A stretch of DNA of 64,000 nt from Epithemia pelagica. Taxonomy: Eukaryota; Protista; Bacillariophyta. Shown here piece by piece: positions 41,575-53,999 of the stretch. A model generated the notes under the pieces. It was not told where the DNA came from. It did not search any database and saw only the letters and a list, made by a program, of their open reading frames with translations. The stretch is from assembly GCA_946965045.2 (NCBI GenBank), contig OX337240.1, positions 1,984,001-2,048,000 on the forward strand, given 5' to 3'. Positions within the stretch are counted from its first letter, which is position 1, and every line of letters begins with the position of its first letter. Position numbers and translations under genes: made by a program.

Positions 41575-41757
41575 GTGGACCATATTTGCCGCGCGAAATT
41601 ATAGCTAGACAATGTGTGGGTGCATGCACATTAGGTGTCTGTAGGTGTGCCGCGGACCATATTTGACCCGCGAATGATAGTTAGATAATGTGGGTGGTAC
41701 ATGCACCACAGGGTGCATGCTGTCCCCACTGTGGAACATATTTGACGCGCGAATTAT
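41575..41757. repeat. Three degenerate ~27-bp repeats (G.GGA.CATATTTG..CGCGAA), period about 78
   Basis: Copies at about 41575, 41652 and 41731, downstream of the accessory ORF; possibly subterminal transposon repeats. Confidence 0.75.
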
Positions 41758-42659
41758 GCCGCCCTTAGATGCAATATCTTCCAGGCCCAAGGTCATTCAC
41801 CGATTACTTATGACAATTATCTTGCTCTGCTCGGTTCTACGGCCTTCAATATTGATTCTAGGCACACGGGCAAGCCTCGTCGTCAAGCTAATACTGCCAA
41901 TCAGACTTCCTCTAGCTCTAGTTCCCATAACAAGGGGGGACATGGCAATCAAGAAAGCCAAACATAATCATAATAAGATCAAGTACATGTATGGTGTTCG
42001 TATTCCGCGCAATCCAGCTGAAGCACTCTGCTTTGATGAAGAAAATGGCAACACTAAATGGCTTGATTCTATGAAACTAGAGATACAGCAGTTAATGGAT
42101 TACCAGACCTTTATAGTCAAGGGAACCAATGTCTACATGCCTGCTGATTATACCAAGATTAGATGCCGCATAGTCTTTGCCGTCAAACATGATGGTCGCC
42201 ATAAGTCATGATTCGTGGCAGGTGGACACCTGACAGACAATCCTGGGGAAAGTGTGTACTCTGGAGTAGTATCTCTCAGAAGTATCAGACTTATCCTGAG
42301 CTCAATGGCTTACAGGCTTATCAAGCTGATGTTGGGAATGCGTACCTCGAAGCGCGTATACAAAAGAAAAGGTATACTTCGAAGCTGGTCCAGGATTTAG
42401 GGCATTTGGTCTTGAAAGGTACACTATGGTTATAAACAAGGCACTCTACGGTCTCAAGACATCTGGGAAACGTTATCATGAACGCTTTGCAGACACAATG
42501 CGCAATGACGGATTCACCCTATGTCGCGCCGATACAGACGTTTGGATGAGACGTAATGGTAATGTTTATGAATACGTTGCTGTATATGTAGATGACCTGT
42601 TGTTGATCATGAAGAACCCAAGAGAATATCTTGACAGACTTGTCAATGTCCACAAGTAT

Positions 42660-42840
42660 CACTTATTCGCGTCGTGGCAAAAAGCAAGTTCTTAAAAGAC
42701 TAAGCTTAGATCTACATGTATGGATCCGCCACTTTAGTACGATGGTATACGATAATGACCCTCCACCTCATTCATTCCCCCCAGAACTTCCCCTACATGC
42801 GGGAATGACCGATTCCCGGTCTGACCACCTGAAAGAAACA
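42660..42840 (-). repeat. 3' LTR, 181 bp
   Basis: Identical to 49048-49228. Confidence 0.97.
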
Positions 42841-42900
42841 GTCCCCGCAAGTACCACAATCAACAACATGAGTGAGGGACTTGAAACAATAATCAACGAG

Positions 42901-45900
42901 TTAGAGGTTGGCAGCATTAGCGGACGCGATCGTTGGCGGGCCAGAATGTCCGAAGGCGGACGAGTACGTGAAGCGAGAAATGAGCTCGTTCCGGCGCTCC
43001 CGTGGCAATATCTTAGTGAACAGGTCGGCCAAGTTTGTTTCGGTATCTTCCTTGCCAACACGAAGGATCCCTGCGGCGGCCGCCTCACGGACGGCGTGGT
43101 AATTGATGGCGTTGTGTCGCTTTGTCAAGACGGACGATGGGATGCTCGTGTTCTTGACGACACCCCGGTTGTCACAGAGTACGTCAGCTGGTTCAACCAC
43201 TGGCACACCGAACATTCGAAGTTTATAGCGCATGGAAACGATCATTTCCTTCGCTATCTGTAAAGCAACAAACTCGCTTCCGAAACTCGACGTTTTCACG
43301 GTATTTTGCCGCTTGGAGAACCACAAGACGGGTGCGTTCTGCATGAACAAAAGGACGCCGGTGTGGGAACGACGGGTAACAACGTTCCCTGCATGGTCTG
43401 CATCGACGAAGCAGGTGATTTTTATCGGCCTCCCCAATGGCTCTGGCATTCCGATGGGCAATTCCTCGGCGACCTCGCCGTAGAACTCCTTCCACTCATC
43501 GATGGGTATTTGTGGGAAACACGTTTCATCCAAGCGAACATCTTTGGGGTCAAACACCATTTTCAACTTCAAGTGCTTCTTGAGAAATGCAAACACGTGG
43601 TACAGCGCCTCTAGGTGTCCTTCCCTCGGACTAGCCAGGTATTGCGACATCAAGGACACCTCCAAATAGATATCTACCCGTCCCAGCTCGACGGCCCACC
43701 GGAGGATTCCCACCATTTGTTGGTACCGAGAGGTAAGCTCCGGCCCCAGTTCCGGACTTGTGTCGAGTTCCGGTTTGTAAGTCGAAACGATGGGTACCCT
43801 CGCTGTGGTTTTCAGATGTTTGCCATCTCCGTCATCCACTAACATTTGTTCAACTATCTTCACGGCGTTTGTCAAGTATTTCTCACTTGTCATCCCCCAG
43901 GCCCAACTCCCATCAGGGAGACTATGCTTGTACACTTGAGCCCCCAGGTACAAACTCGGCTCACCCACGCTTCCGGCCTTGATTTTGTAGTGGCTATCTA
44001 TCTCGTCCAATACTGGTTGCGGGTTGGCACTGACCAAGAGTATGTCGTCGACATAAACTAGAATCAACTCGTAGTATTCCTCGCCACTTTCCTTTCTCGC
44101 TTTTCTTCGTAGTACGCAAGCGTCCGCTCGCGTGTCGACGAACCCCATATCATATAATGTGCTGATCAATGTTGCCCTCCAACTAGCTCCCGAGGATTTC
44201 AAGCCATACAATGCTCTCGTCATTACACATACCTTGCCCTATCTTCACTTCCTACTTCGGACCCACCTAGGAACCAAATCTTCTCCCGACACGGCGCGTT
44301 TAGGTACGCGTTCCCGATGTCGCACGCCATTACCTCCAGGTTATTGAGCGCAGCAATCAGGAACGCCACGCGAATGGAGTCCCTACTGACCACACTGGAA
44401 TAGGTCAGGCTTGTAGGTGCATCTGTCATGTGGCCGCCAGCGACTAACCGTGCCTTGCGGGTAAGATCTAGCTTGATATCGAACACCATGTGACATTTGA
44501 TTTCCGTATACCCAATTAGTTGTCGCCCCGCGCGCACTTCCGCTAATTCTAGGTCGTCCCGCGACTCCCAGGCTACCTTCACTACCTTCAGCTCCTTGTC
44601 TATAGCTTTCCTCCAGTAATCTGTTCCTGTCTGTTCGTCGATGGCGAGTGCCTCATCAACCGAATGCGGTAGCCGGATTCCGAACTTCTGCGTCGTCTTC
44701 CAATATTTCTTCTTTACCTTATTTATCATACGACGCATATGGTTCAGTGTCTGTGGCACCCACCAGTGAAACGCCGGTTCTGATTCTATTCCTTGTGCCA
44801 CAGTGTATTCGGCCAAGTCGAGTGGATATCCATCCTTCATGATCTTGAGTGGTAACCATTGTTGTGACCCATCGACCAACTTGACGGCAATGTCCCATCC
44901 TTTCGTTGTTCGCCTCGGATGTCGATTGCCGTTCCTTCCGGTGGTAAAGCCGTCTTCCTTCGCGACCGCGTCCCCGTCTTTCCTATGTCCAACAATTTCC
45001 TTCACGAGGACAAACTCTTTTCCCTCGTTGTCCAATTTTGCAAACAGGTTCTCCGCTACCACGTTCGCCGTATATTCATGGATTATCCCGCCCGGGAATT
45101 TCACCTCGTAAGTACGGGTATCGAAGATGGGGTTCTTATTCTTTCGACCTATGGGCTTGCCGTCTAACCCCTTCTGTCTCTTCATTACGGTGCCGATGAG
45201 CTCTTCTCCGCCGATATCCATGCGGATCTGGGAACCGATGTACTCGTCGTACTCGTTCTCTATCTCATCCGCATCAGGAGCCTCCTCCTGGACCATTTGG
45301 TCATACTCTTTGTCGGTAGGGACAAGTCCCCGTCTTCTTTCCGTCGCGTCGTCATCCTCGACGACGTCCTCCAGATACCCCGGCTTTCCGTCCCCGTCGT
45401 CGGTGAAATTGGTATCATCTAATCTGTTTTCAACAATCAACCTAAAATCCCGTATCTTCTCGCGGATTTCTTCCTTCTCCTGGTCGTCCTTGGTCACGTG
45501 CTGCACGGTTGTTCGGGCGACAACCTTGCCCGATTTCGTCAACACCCAATAGCATAAGTCACTCCCGATGCGATGTGCTATGCCCAGCCAGTACCCCAAC
45601 TGGTATTGGTCTTCCGTGGCATCGGCCTTTGGGTTAGTATGATACCACACCAGGTCGTAAAATTGGAAGTCGATCCATTCGGAGATATCGGGCGTCTCCC
45701 CAGTGAGTCGTTCCAAGCCGGTACGGCCGTCTGGTCCCCGGGCGACTCGGCTGAGGAGACCGGCCTCATATACGAGGCCATAGTCCCAAAGGCGCTTAGG
45801 AACTTGTTTATCGGTCATGCGACGGCGCCACCGCTGCTTGAGGAGACCAATTTCTCGCTCGGCCTTGTGGTTTTGCTTGCTCGTGCCCTTTTCTGACCAG

Positions 45901-48900
45901 TGGAGGTCGATTCGATGGTATCGAGTGAGTTTGGTGAACATGGTGGACGCGCCTGTTTGTTCCCCCGCTAAATCCGCCGTGAGACGATCAGGGACACCCA
46001 CTTGGTCGATGAAATCGGCAAGGGCTTGGCCGGCATGTGTCTTGGTCGTCAAGGTATAGACCGCGGTAAATCCACCATCGGTAAACACTTGGGCACATTT
46101 ATTCCCGGCCAAAGACATGGTCTTGCTAAAAAGAGTATCCGTATAAATCATTGTCTGCAAGCGATTCCTGTGTAGGGCTAGATTGTCTACCCGATACCGC
46201 CGCGTGATAGGTGCAACAGCAGTCCTGATGCCTTGTTGGGTGGTCACTCGGAGGGTCTGTCGCGCGGTCTGGAGACTTACCTTCCATTTGCGACTCAATG
46301 ACTCGGCCGACACTCCCGAGTGTCTTTCAGTTTCCACTTGTTGCACGGATGCTAGTGCCCAATTGAAGGCATCTGGGTCGAGGACGCTCGAGACCCGGCC
46401 GATTTCGGCCATACTCAGCGCATATGCGTCTTCGTACGGGCTCGCACCCACGCGAGACAGGTCGACCATCTTGGGCTCCCACAATTCCTGTCGCGTGATC
46501 ACAATGTGAGGCAAACTTTCGATTTCTTGGTGGCTCGGCGCGCGTGATTCGAAGTACACGACTGTCCCTTTCACTTGAAACGGGATCATGACACCATCCG
46601 CCCAGATACCAAATCCTTCTTCTCCCTGGCGGGTCGGGTCGTCCCGGACAGTATGCCCGGCATGTCGGATCTGGTTTTGGTTTAACAGAGTTTTATCTAG
46701 CTTGGATCCAAACCACAACATCTGGTGTCCAATCACAATTGTCTCAATTCCTGTCTTGGCTTCACGGATCAAGGTGGCACAAGTCGCTACCGGGACGTGT
46801 TGTTCACCAACCTGGTTGCCAGCGAAATCATTCACTGCGCATTCCAAACCGGTAGTTTCCACAAGCGTCCAGTTGATACCGGCACAACACGTGTCCGCCA
46901 TGGTGTCCATTTCGTTGCGCCCCATGGCTGGTTCCCCCGTCTTCGATTGGTCCAACAACCAACCTTTCTCGACCTTGCCGACTTGTCGTTTGGGCCCGCA
47001 AGTGATCATCCCAACGTCTCGATCACCGCCAGCCCCATCTGCTGTGCCATACGCCCCAGGTCCGAATCGACGACCATTCGTGCCCCCTCGGTCGTTCTGT
47101 GCCGCTCCTCCGGCGTCCCGTTGCGGCTCCCGATTTTCGTCTCCTGTCTGGATCTCGGCAACCCGTCGGCCATCGTTCCCCGCTGCGCCACGTCCGGCGC
47201 CACCGCCCCGACCACGTCCCCCGCCGCGGCCACCGCGACTGCCAGGGTATCGTCCTCCCCCTTGTTGTCCCCGAATCCTGGCACGTTCCTGGAAGACGTA
47301 CTGTTGTCCAGTCGTCCCAAGCGTTGCCATTTCCTGGTCGGTGAAGCGCCGCATCACGTCGGTCACGTCCACACCATACATGGTGTAAATGCCATTCGAA
47401 TGGCTCAATCCTTGGATGTGACGCGAGCGGTTGTTGTCGTTTGTGTTCGCCTCGGAAATGAACCGATGACGAGCTTGACGATTACTCCCCCCAAGAACCG
47501 CTTGCGGGAACAATTCGGAGACTTCGGTGGATATATATGAGATGGCAGCATGAAGGTCGGACCGAAAGTTGCTTCGGACATGGCCTTTAATTACGGCGAA
47601 CTCGGCCGTAGAAATCTTGATATTATCCAACAAAATCTTTACCTGGTTGGATGGCATGCGACGATTCGGGGTTGAGTCCAGAGTGCGGAAGGCACGCAAC
47701 AGCTGAGCCGAATAGGCATCGAAGCTGAACACACGTTCATTGTTGTAGAACAGGTTGGACAAAACGTTTTCCGCCTTGATGATACGTTTCTCTTTCTGGC
47801 CTCCACCATCATAGTGGTTGACCAGTGCTAGCCACGCCCCACGGCCGTCTTGCTGGGCCTGGAACGGCTGGATCCAGGTGGCCGGCTGATCCTTGACCCG
47901 GTCACTCAGCAACCGGAACACCTGTCTGTTATCTTCGCGATAGAACGGCCCCCTCAAAGGGTAGCTGTACATTTCTTGCTCCCTCGTGGAGGCAAATACA
48001 TGCCCTGGTTCCAACTCAGGACGAATAACATAGTCTAGAGCCGCTTTCTGTTTACCTAGTACATGAGACAAGTACGTAGGAAACTCCAAGCTCCACTCCT
48101 CCCACGAGTCCTCCTTGAGGATATCGGGCTTGATGTCAGGAGACGAGTCCTTGTTGTTCTCGATCTCCATGTCATCTAAGGAGCTAGCTAGGGCCGAAGC
48201 ATCAAAATCTCCCGCATGTACTACCCGGCCTTGACGACGAGCACGTGCTGCCCAGAAGCATAGTCCTTGAATGTTGAGGACAACCCCAGTGGGAATACTC
48301 ACTGGGGGATTCCGTTTTTCAAGTCGCGACGCAAGCTGCGACACATCTTCGGAGGACATGCGTCCGAATGCTTGGAGGGTATTAAGCCTCTCCGTAACTT
48401 CAAGTGCCATGACTTCGGTTGGGTTCGCACCACAAACGGTAAGGGCAAGGCCAACGGCCGACACGGGAAGGGGAATTCCTGCTCCCGGACCTCCACCATG
48501 TCCACCACCGCCTCCACCGCCGGCACCACCGCCGGCTCCGCCTCCTCCTCCGGCGCCACCACCGCCTGCGCCGCCACCAGCGCCTCCTCCGGCGCCTCCT
48601 CCAGCGCCACCTCCGGCGCCTCCTGCGCCTCCTCCTGTGCCTCCGGTACCTCCAGTACCTCCCGCACCTCCGGTGCCTCCTGCACCTTCGCCAGCGCCTC
48701 CTGCGGCGCCCCCAGCGCCGTGTCCACCACGAGCGCTGCCGCCAGTCTCTCCGCGAGCACTGGCCACTCCGGGATTTCCCCCGGTCCAGTCACCGGCTCC
48801 TGCGCCAGGACTTCCTATCCCGTTCATACGGGCGGCCGTCCCCATGGTTGAAGCACCATCCGGAACGCCATTCCGAGGAGTTCCCTTCACGCTTCCCCCG

Positions 48901-48986
48901 GTTGAACCAGGTTCGTCGTCCTTCGGGTTCCCCTTGGCGGTACTCGCCGTACCATTCCTCGTCGTCGAACGTGTCGTCGTCGTCAT
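42901..48986 (-). CDS. Gag-Pol polyprotein (Gag, protease, integrase with chromo-like module, RT, RNaseH), split by a 1-bp frameshift at about 44238
   Basis: Protease EMDTMADTC; integrase YTDTLF...DLAGEQ...KAEREIG; RT DIGNAYL and YVDDIL; RNaseH VDADHAG. Adding one G to the GGG run at 44239-44237 fuses the two ORFs (SEDRGKVCVMTRALYG). Confidence 0.93.
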
Positions 48987-49047
48987 CGCTTCGCTTCTAC
49001 TCTCTCTTATCGTCTTTCTCGTCAGAGTCAGTTGGGTCTGATAAACT

Positions 49048-49228
49048 CACTTATTCGCGTCGTGGCAAAAAGCAAGTTCTTAAAAGACTAAGCTTAGATC
49101 TACATGTATGGATCCGCCACTTTAGTACGATGGTATACGATAATGACCCTCCACCTCATTCATTCCCCCCAGAACTTCCCCTACATGCGGGAATGACCGA
49201 TTCCCGGTCTGACCACCTGAAAGAAACA
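49048..49228 (-). repeat. 5' LTR, 181 bp
   Basis: Identical to 42660-42840. Confidence 0.97.
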
Positions 49229-51842
49229 AGTATAAGCTCAAAGGTGATGAGCCTCTCAGTTTCCACCTTGGCTGTGATTTTGGTAGAGATCCTGATGGTA
49301 CACTCTACTATAAGCCCAAGAAGTACATTCAGAAGATGGTCAGTACTTATGAAAAGATGTTTCCAGGGGAGACCTTGAAGAAACAATCATCCCCATTACA
49401 AAGTGCTGATCATCCTGAACTTGATGAAACAGGTTTCTTGGATGAAGAGGGCACGGCAAAGTACATGTCAATGGTTGGCGCTGCACAATGGTTAGTCATA
49501 CTTGGCCGAATTGATGTAGCAATCACCGTTAACACATTATCTGCCTACCGTGTTGCCCCAAGAATTGGACACATGGAACGTATGAAACATCTCTATGGAT
49601 ACGTCAAGCATTTCCAAGATGGAGCGATAAGAGTCAGGACAGGCATTCCTCATTATAGTGAACTCAAAGGAGAAGAACATAATTGATTGAATTCCATTTA
49701 TGGAAACATTGATGAAGAACTTCCTCAAGACATGCCAATGCCGTTAGGAAAAATGGTCAGGATTTCTGCATTCTTTGATGCTAATCTGTATCATGACCTG
49801 ATCACAGGACGTGCAAAGACTGGTGTGCTTATGTTTGTTAACAAGACCCCTGTAGATTGGTACTCCAAGAAACAAAGTACTGTTGCTACTGCGACGTTTA
49901 CTTCAGAGTTCATCGCAGGACATACTATGACCGATCAAGTTCTGGATCTACGATATACGCTTAGGATGTTGGGAGTCCCTCTAGATTACCACACCTATGC
50001 TTTTGGAGACAACAAATCTATCATCACTCAGTCGACTGTGCCTGAATCACAACTGACAAAACACTGGAACGCCCTAGCTTTCCATCGAGTCCGTGAAGCT
50101 GTTGCAAGTGGGGTCCTCAAGTTGTATCATATTCCAGGAGCTGAGAACCCATCTGATTTTCTTACTAAGTTCCTTGGATATCAACAAGCTTGGCCGCCGA
50201 CATTTCCTCGAAGGGGAGTAATACCTAGAACACCTATATTGGCTATATTCTCCAATAGGTAGTTCTACAGTCATGAAGAGTCGCGGAAACTACGTGGCAG
50301 ATAAATCGCATATAGCCTAGATTCTCATACGAATCTAGATTAGGTACGATTGAGTCACGAAGATCTATTCACTCCTAATTTATATACTCCACGATCGAAC
50401 TAGTCCTATGTCCCATAGGCTATGTTATATTTCTATACTTCAAGATCCGCTGGACTTAACCGTATCGCGCTAATCGCGGATTGAGGCATATCAATCGCGC
50501 GCAAAGAGTCGCAACGGATAGTCTACGGCAAACTATTACATCTAACTTACATATGCACCTCTAGGTGATATAGGCCGATGCCGATGACCCTAGACGGCGA
50601 TCTTTTCCGTCAAGAAGCCTTTTACACCTCGATCCAAGATCCAGGATCACCTCAATGGGAACCTGGGATCGAAAGGATCCAATCTAGATAATCACTTCAT
50701 GTAATCACAATATTTTATCATCAACTATATGCAAACCTATTTCCTATCGTAACTATCTCATCGTCGTATCTCTGTGTTTTGTTACACCCTATCTAACCTA
50801 CCTTCCTTCCAGCTTGTTAGCTTGTCGCGATGTGCAACGTATTGCCTGTTGTCTTCGTCGTCCATATTCATCTGTGTCCCAATACTTGCATCATCGTTCA
50901 TCCGTGGTAGGTTCATTTCTGTATCATCCTCGTCATCTTCGATCACATTTGCCTTGCTGACGATCGGTGGATCCTTTTTGTCTTCACAGACTTTGCAGCA
51001 AAAACTGTTGTAATGGTCCATTCCGGTGGCTGTTGAGAACTGCCCAACGTTTGTCTGTCATCGAGCCTTAGTTCCATTCCAGAGTGATGCTTTCATTCAT
51101 TGTGATGCATCGGGTGCCATGTGGTTTTGGTCGATGGCCTCTCGCCACTTGTGCCCAGTGTCGAGGAGATAGGAGTCAATGAGAAGCAGATGGTATATAG
51201 AACAAGGAGCCAGGTAGTACGATGCGACACACTTGGCCATCATTGTCTTCAATGTCTCCAATAGCAGCACTTGGTTTCCGATTTCACTCACCAACACGTG
51301 CCCAAATTTCCAAATGACTGCCCCGGCACACCTCAAGTTTGGCTCACGCGCAAAAATCACATATAGTAGAAAAACCCTAGAAAGAAACCCTGACAATTCC
51401 TCGATCTAAAATATTTAACTAAACGAGACTCATTTGTCACACTTCTGTCATACAAATTCCAACTGGTAACCATCATCTCTCATTCAAATCGGATGCAAAG
51501 CAATGAACCATCCGACTGCCACCAACATCAAATGCCAATGGACAAGAATGGAACCCAGCCTTTTTCCATCAGTCGATTCATCAATCCAACAACAATCTGT
51601 ACAACTCAATCTCCTCATCTACAATTGAGGAGCAACCATGCCTCCCAACAATTTCAACATGCCATTGTATGTCACCAAAATGGCAGATTATTATCGGCTG
51701 AAATCGTTTGCCCATCACACCCTACCGACCCAGGACAAGTTTACTACAACCATCGCTCGGGTCGAAAGAACAGATATTGGAGAACCTGCATTATTTTTGT
51801 TCTTCCCTCTTCTTCCCGACAAGAAACTCGAGTGCCATCCTG

Positions 51843-51972
51843 ACATTCCGAACCATGATTATGCTCCCATTGTATGTGGACTTGGTTCCGAGAACATAGA
51901 ACTCTACACATTCCAAACAATGATTATGCTCCCATTGTACATGGAATTGGTTCTGAGAACATAGAACTCTAC
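51843..51972. repeat. Imperfect 65-bp tandem duplication
   Basis: Units start at 51843 and 51908. Confidence 0.85.
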
Positions 51973-52345
51973 AAGGCTTCCGTGGTCGTGGACGGCAGTC
52001 ACCCCATCACTCGCAATACAACCTGTCGGATTCGTGTTTGCAGCAACTGGTTGGCAAAAAGGGATGCTAGATGGTATCCCAGAATCTTCCAAATGGTTCT
52101 TTGGGTAGCAATATATTGGTGGAGGCGCTCTTTTAAGTTGAGTAGGATGGCCCACGTTTGTATGATGGGCATGGCACGTCCATCGGCCATTTTTTGTTTT
52201 CCTATTTAGGATGATATCTGGATCAGACTTCTCCAGATCATCGGCATGTGCCTTGACGAGTTTGCTTGCCACGGGAGCTGCCAGGATCGTCGTCATGCAT
52301 AGTCCCTTCATGCTCCAATTCCATTGTTTTCATCGTCCACGAAAA

Positions 52346-52479
52346 GATTGTGATCTTGGTCTTCGATTTCTCGGAGGTGGTATGGCTGCATCGAGTATCT
52401 CTAGTCCATCAAAAGGATTGTGATCTTGGTCTTCGATTTCTCGGAGGTGGTATGGCTGCATCGAGTATCTCTAGTCCAT
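52346..52479. repeat. 64-bp direct repeat x2, period 70
   Basis: Copies at 52346-52409 and 52416-52479. Confidence 0.9.
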
Positions 52480-53999
52480 TGGATGCCATGGTTGCGATCA
52501 TGGTCCATTATGAATCGGTCCATCTTGCAGTTGATGCTGGAGTGGTAGCTGGTGTAGGTTCATCATAATCTAGTACTAGGACGTACAAGTAAGGAATTGT
52601 TGTCTCTAGTAAGATACAGATGAGCTGTTCGAAAATCTTGGTGAACAGCCCGAGGAGTGACCTCGGGTCTGGTTGTCACTCTTCGTCTGAGGACTCTTCT
52701 TGGGCAGGGAGGTCAGCGAGAGCGTTGGCCAGACGAAGTGCCGGGGTCGTTCCTTCATTTCCCCTAGTATCCGGATGTGCCGCATCATAGGCTTTCTTCT
52801 TGTCTCCGGTCAGGAAAGGTCTGCTGCATTTTGTGGAGGTGTGGTTCTTGTTGAGGGACCACTTCTCGTGCCACTTGCACCAGTAGTAAGTTTTCCCATT
52901 GACCTCCCTCTCTTCTGGGACTCCCTCAGACGGTCCTGTGGTCTGCCAAGTTTCCTTTTGTCTTTCCTTAGCCTTGGACTGCTTCACTTTTCCACCAGTC
53001 TTGTTGCTACCACTGCTACCTTCGTTTCCTTGTGTCAAACGTCCCTTCGCCATGCGTTTCACTTGCGCCTCGAGGGCAATAATCGTCTGGTCGTGCTCTG
53101 AAAGAGACTGCCAGTTCTTTAGTAGTGCCTGGTACTTAAGCCGTGCCCAATCCATGAATTGAGTGGGGGACAAGTTCGGAGAATCTCCTTCTTTACAGGC
53201 ATTCTTGCGGCGCCTGATCATTTCCAGAAAGTTCTCGTCATTGACCATTTCATATGCCTTGAATAAGTTGGGTAGTAGATTGAGTGTACGTTCGCTGCGT
53301 GCACTCAGGCCCTTCAAGGTTTCCTTCACGTAGGAGTTGAACTTGATAATGTCTGTATTGAAGTCGGCAATATGGATATGAAAATCCCAAAAGCGTCAGC
53401 GTAGCACCATCACAGTCGCTTCGGTGTCGCCATGAGCCAGCAAAATGATGACCTTCAGTAGCAGTGGCCCGACACCTTTGTTGTCCACAATGAATTTGTC
53501 GCGTCGAAGAATGACTTGTGCCTTCGCTTCTTTGTTCAAGGAGGCCATGAGGCACATGTAAGACGTGTAGGAGTTCTGCGTGATGCGATTCTGTCCAAGG
53601 AAGCTATCCACATAATTGCGCACTTGTTGAGGAAGCAAAACGCGTCCATAGTCTTGGGTAAGAAGATGCGTAGGAGCAGGTGGAGGAGCGGATTTTGCTG
53701 GAGGAGGGACCACGATATATGCTCGGGGATAGAGAAGGTGCTGGTCCCTGATTGTTCGATGATACGATCCTGGAACGAGTGACAAAGATCTTGAGACCTT
53801 CTGCATGGAGATCGTACAGATGATCTCCTCCGTCAAAGAGTCCTGTCGTCGCCTGCTTGTAGAGTTTCGAGCCTGCCGCGGTTGTTAAGTTGACTACAAT
53901 GTTTGCGTTGGCGTTGCCCAGAGAAATTGCAAAAGCCATGGTCGACGATCAGGAATAAAAAAAGGGAAATCTATTTTAACGCTGCCGCACGCACCCACA

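Larger units (their letters stand above)
42660..49228 (-). mobile_element. Young full-length CoDi-type Ty1/copia LTR retrotransposon, 6569 bp
   Basis: Identical 181-bp LTRs at 42660-42840 and 49048-49228; AGTAT TSD at 42655-42659 and 49229-49233; PPT-like GCGGGGAC next to the 3' LTR; gag-pol inside. Confidence 0.97.
41950..50790 (+). mobile_element. Old CoDi-type Ty1/copia relic (RT-RNaseH plus probable 3' LTR), split by a younger element
   Basis: KYMYGVRIPRN, ADVGNAYL, ALYGLK and YVDDLL motifs. RT resumes after the insert as VHKY|KLKGDEP, followed by RNaseH FFDANLYHD...REAVA. In-frame stops and frameshifts are present. A PPT-like AAGGGGAG near 50211 precedes an LTR-like tail; both outer boundaries are approximate. 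Confidence 0.82.
50800..53939 (-). mobile_element. Decayed CoDi-type copia relic (gag and post-protease region)
   Basis: Fragmented gag from ATG 53939 (LLLKVII, LFKAY, KTYYWCKWHEKW...HTSTKC knuckle-like) and a degenerate NVGQFSTATG...YNSFC linker; many stops and frameshifts. Confidence 0.72.

Noticed and set aside
41575-41757. Regularly spaced ~27-bp repeats resembling a CRISPR array
   Set aside because: Only three degenerate copies, related intervening sequence, eukaryotic context and no cas genes; better explained as transposon subterminal repeats.
35500-41800. CACTA/CACTG terminal inverted repeats for the Plavaka-like element
   Set aside because: No matching pair with a TSD was found, so the element boundaries are left undefined.
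42631-43263. 210-aa plus-strand ORF, and the similar 48848..49378 ORF
   Set aside because: They read through the LTR and antisense RNaseH; the shared peptide only reflects LTR identity.
44220-44245. Programmed ribosomal frameshift or TAATG stop-start coupling between the two pol ORFs
   Set aside because: The break falls inside conserved RT, there is no slippery heptamer, and one added G restores the canonical sequence.
48267-49041. Pro-rich and Ser/Ala-rich plus-strand ORFs
   Set aside because: Antisense shadows of the Gly-rich gag region.
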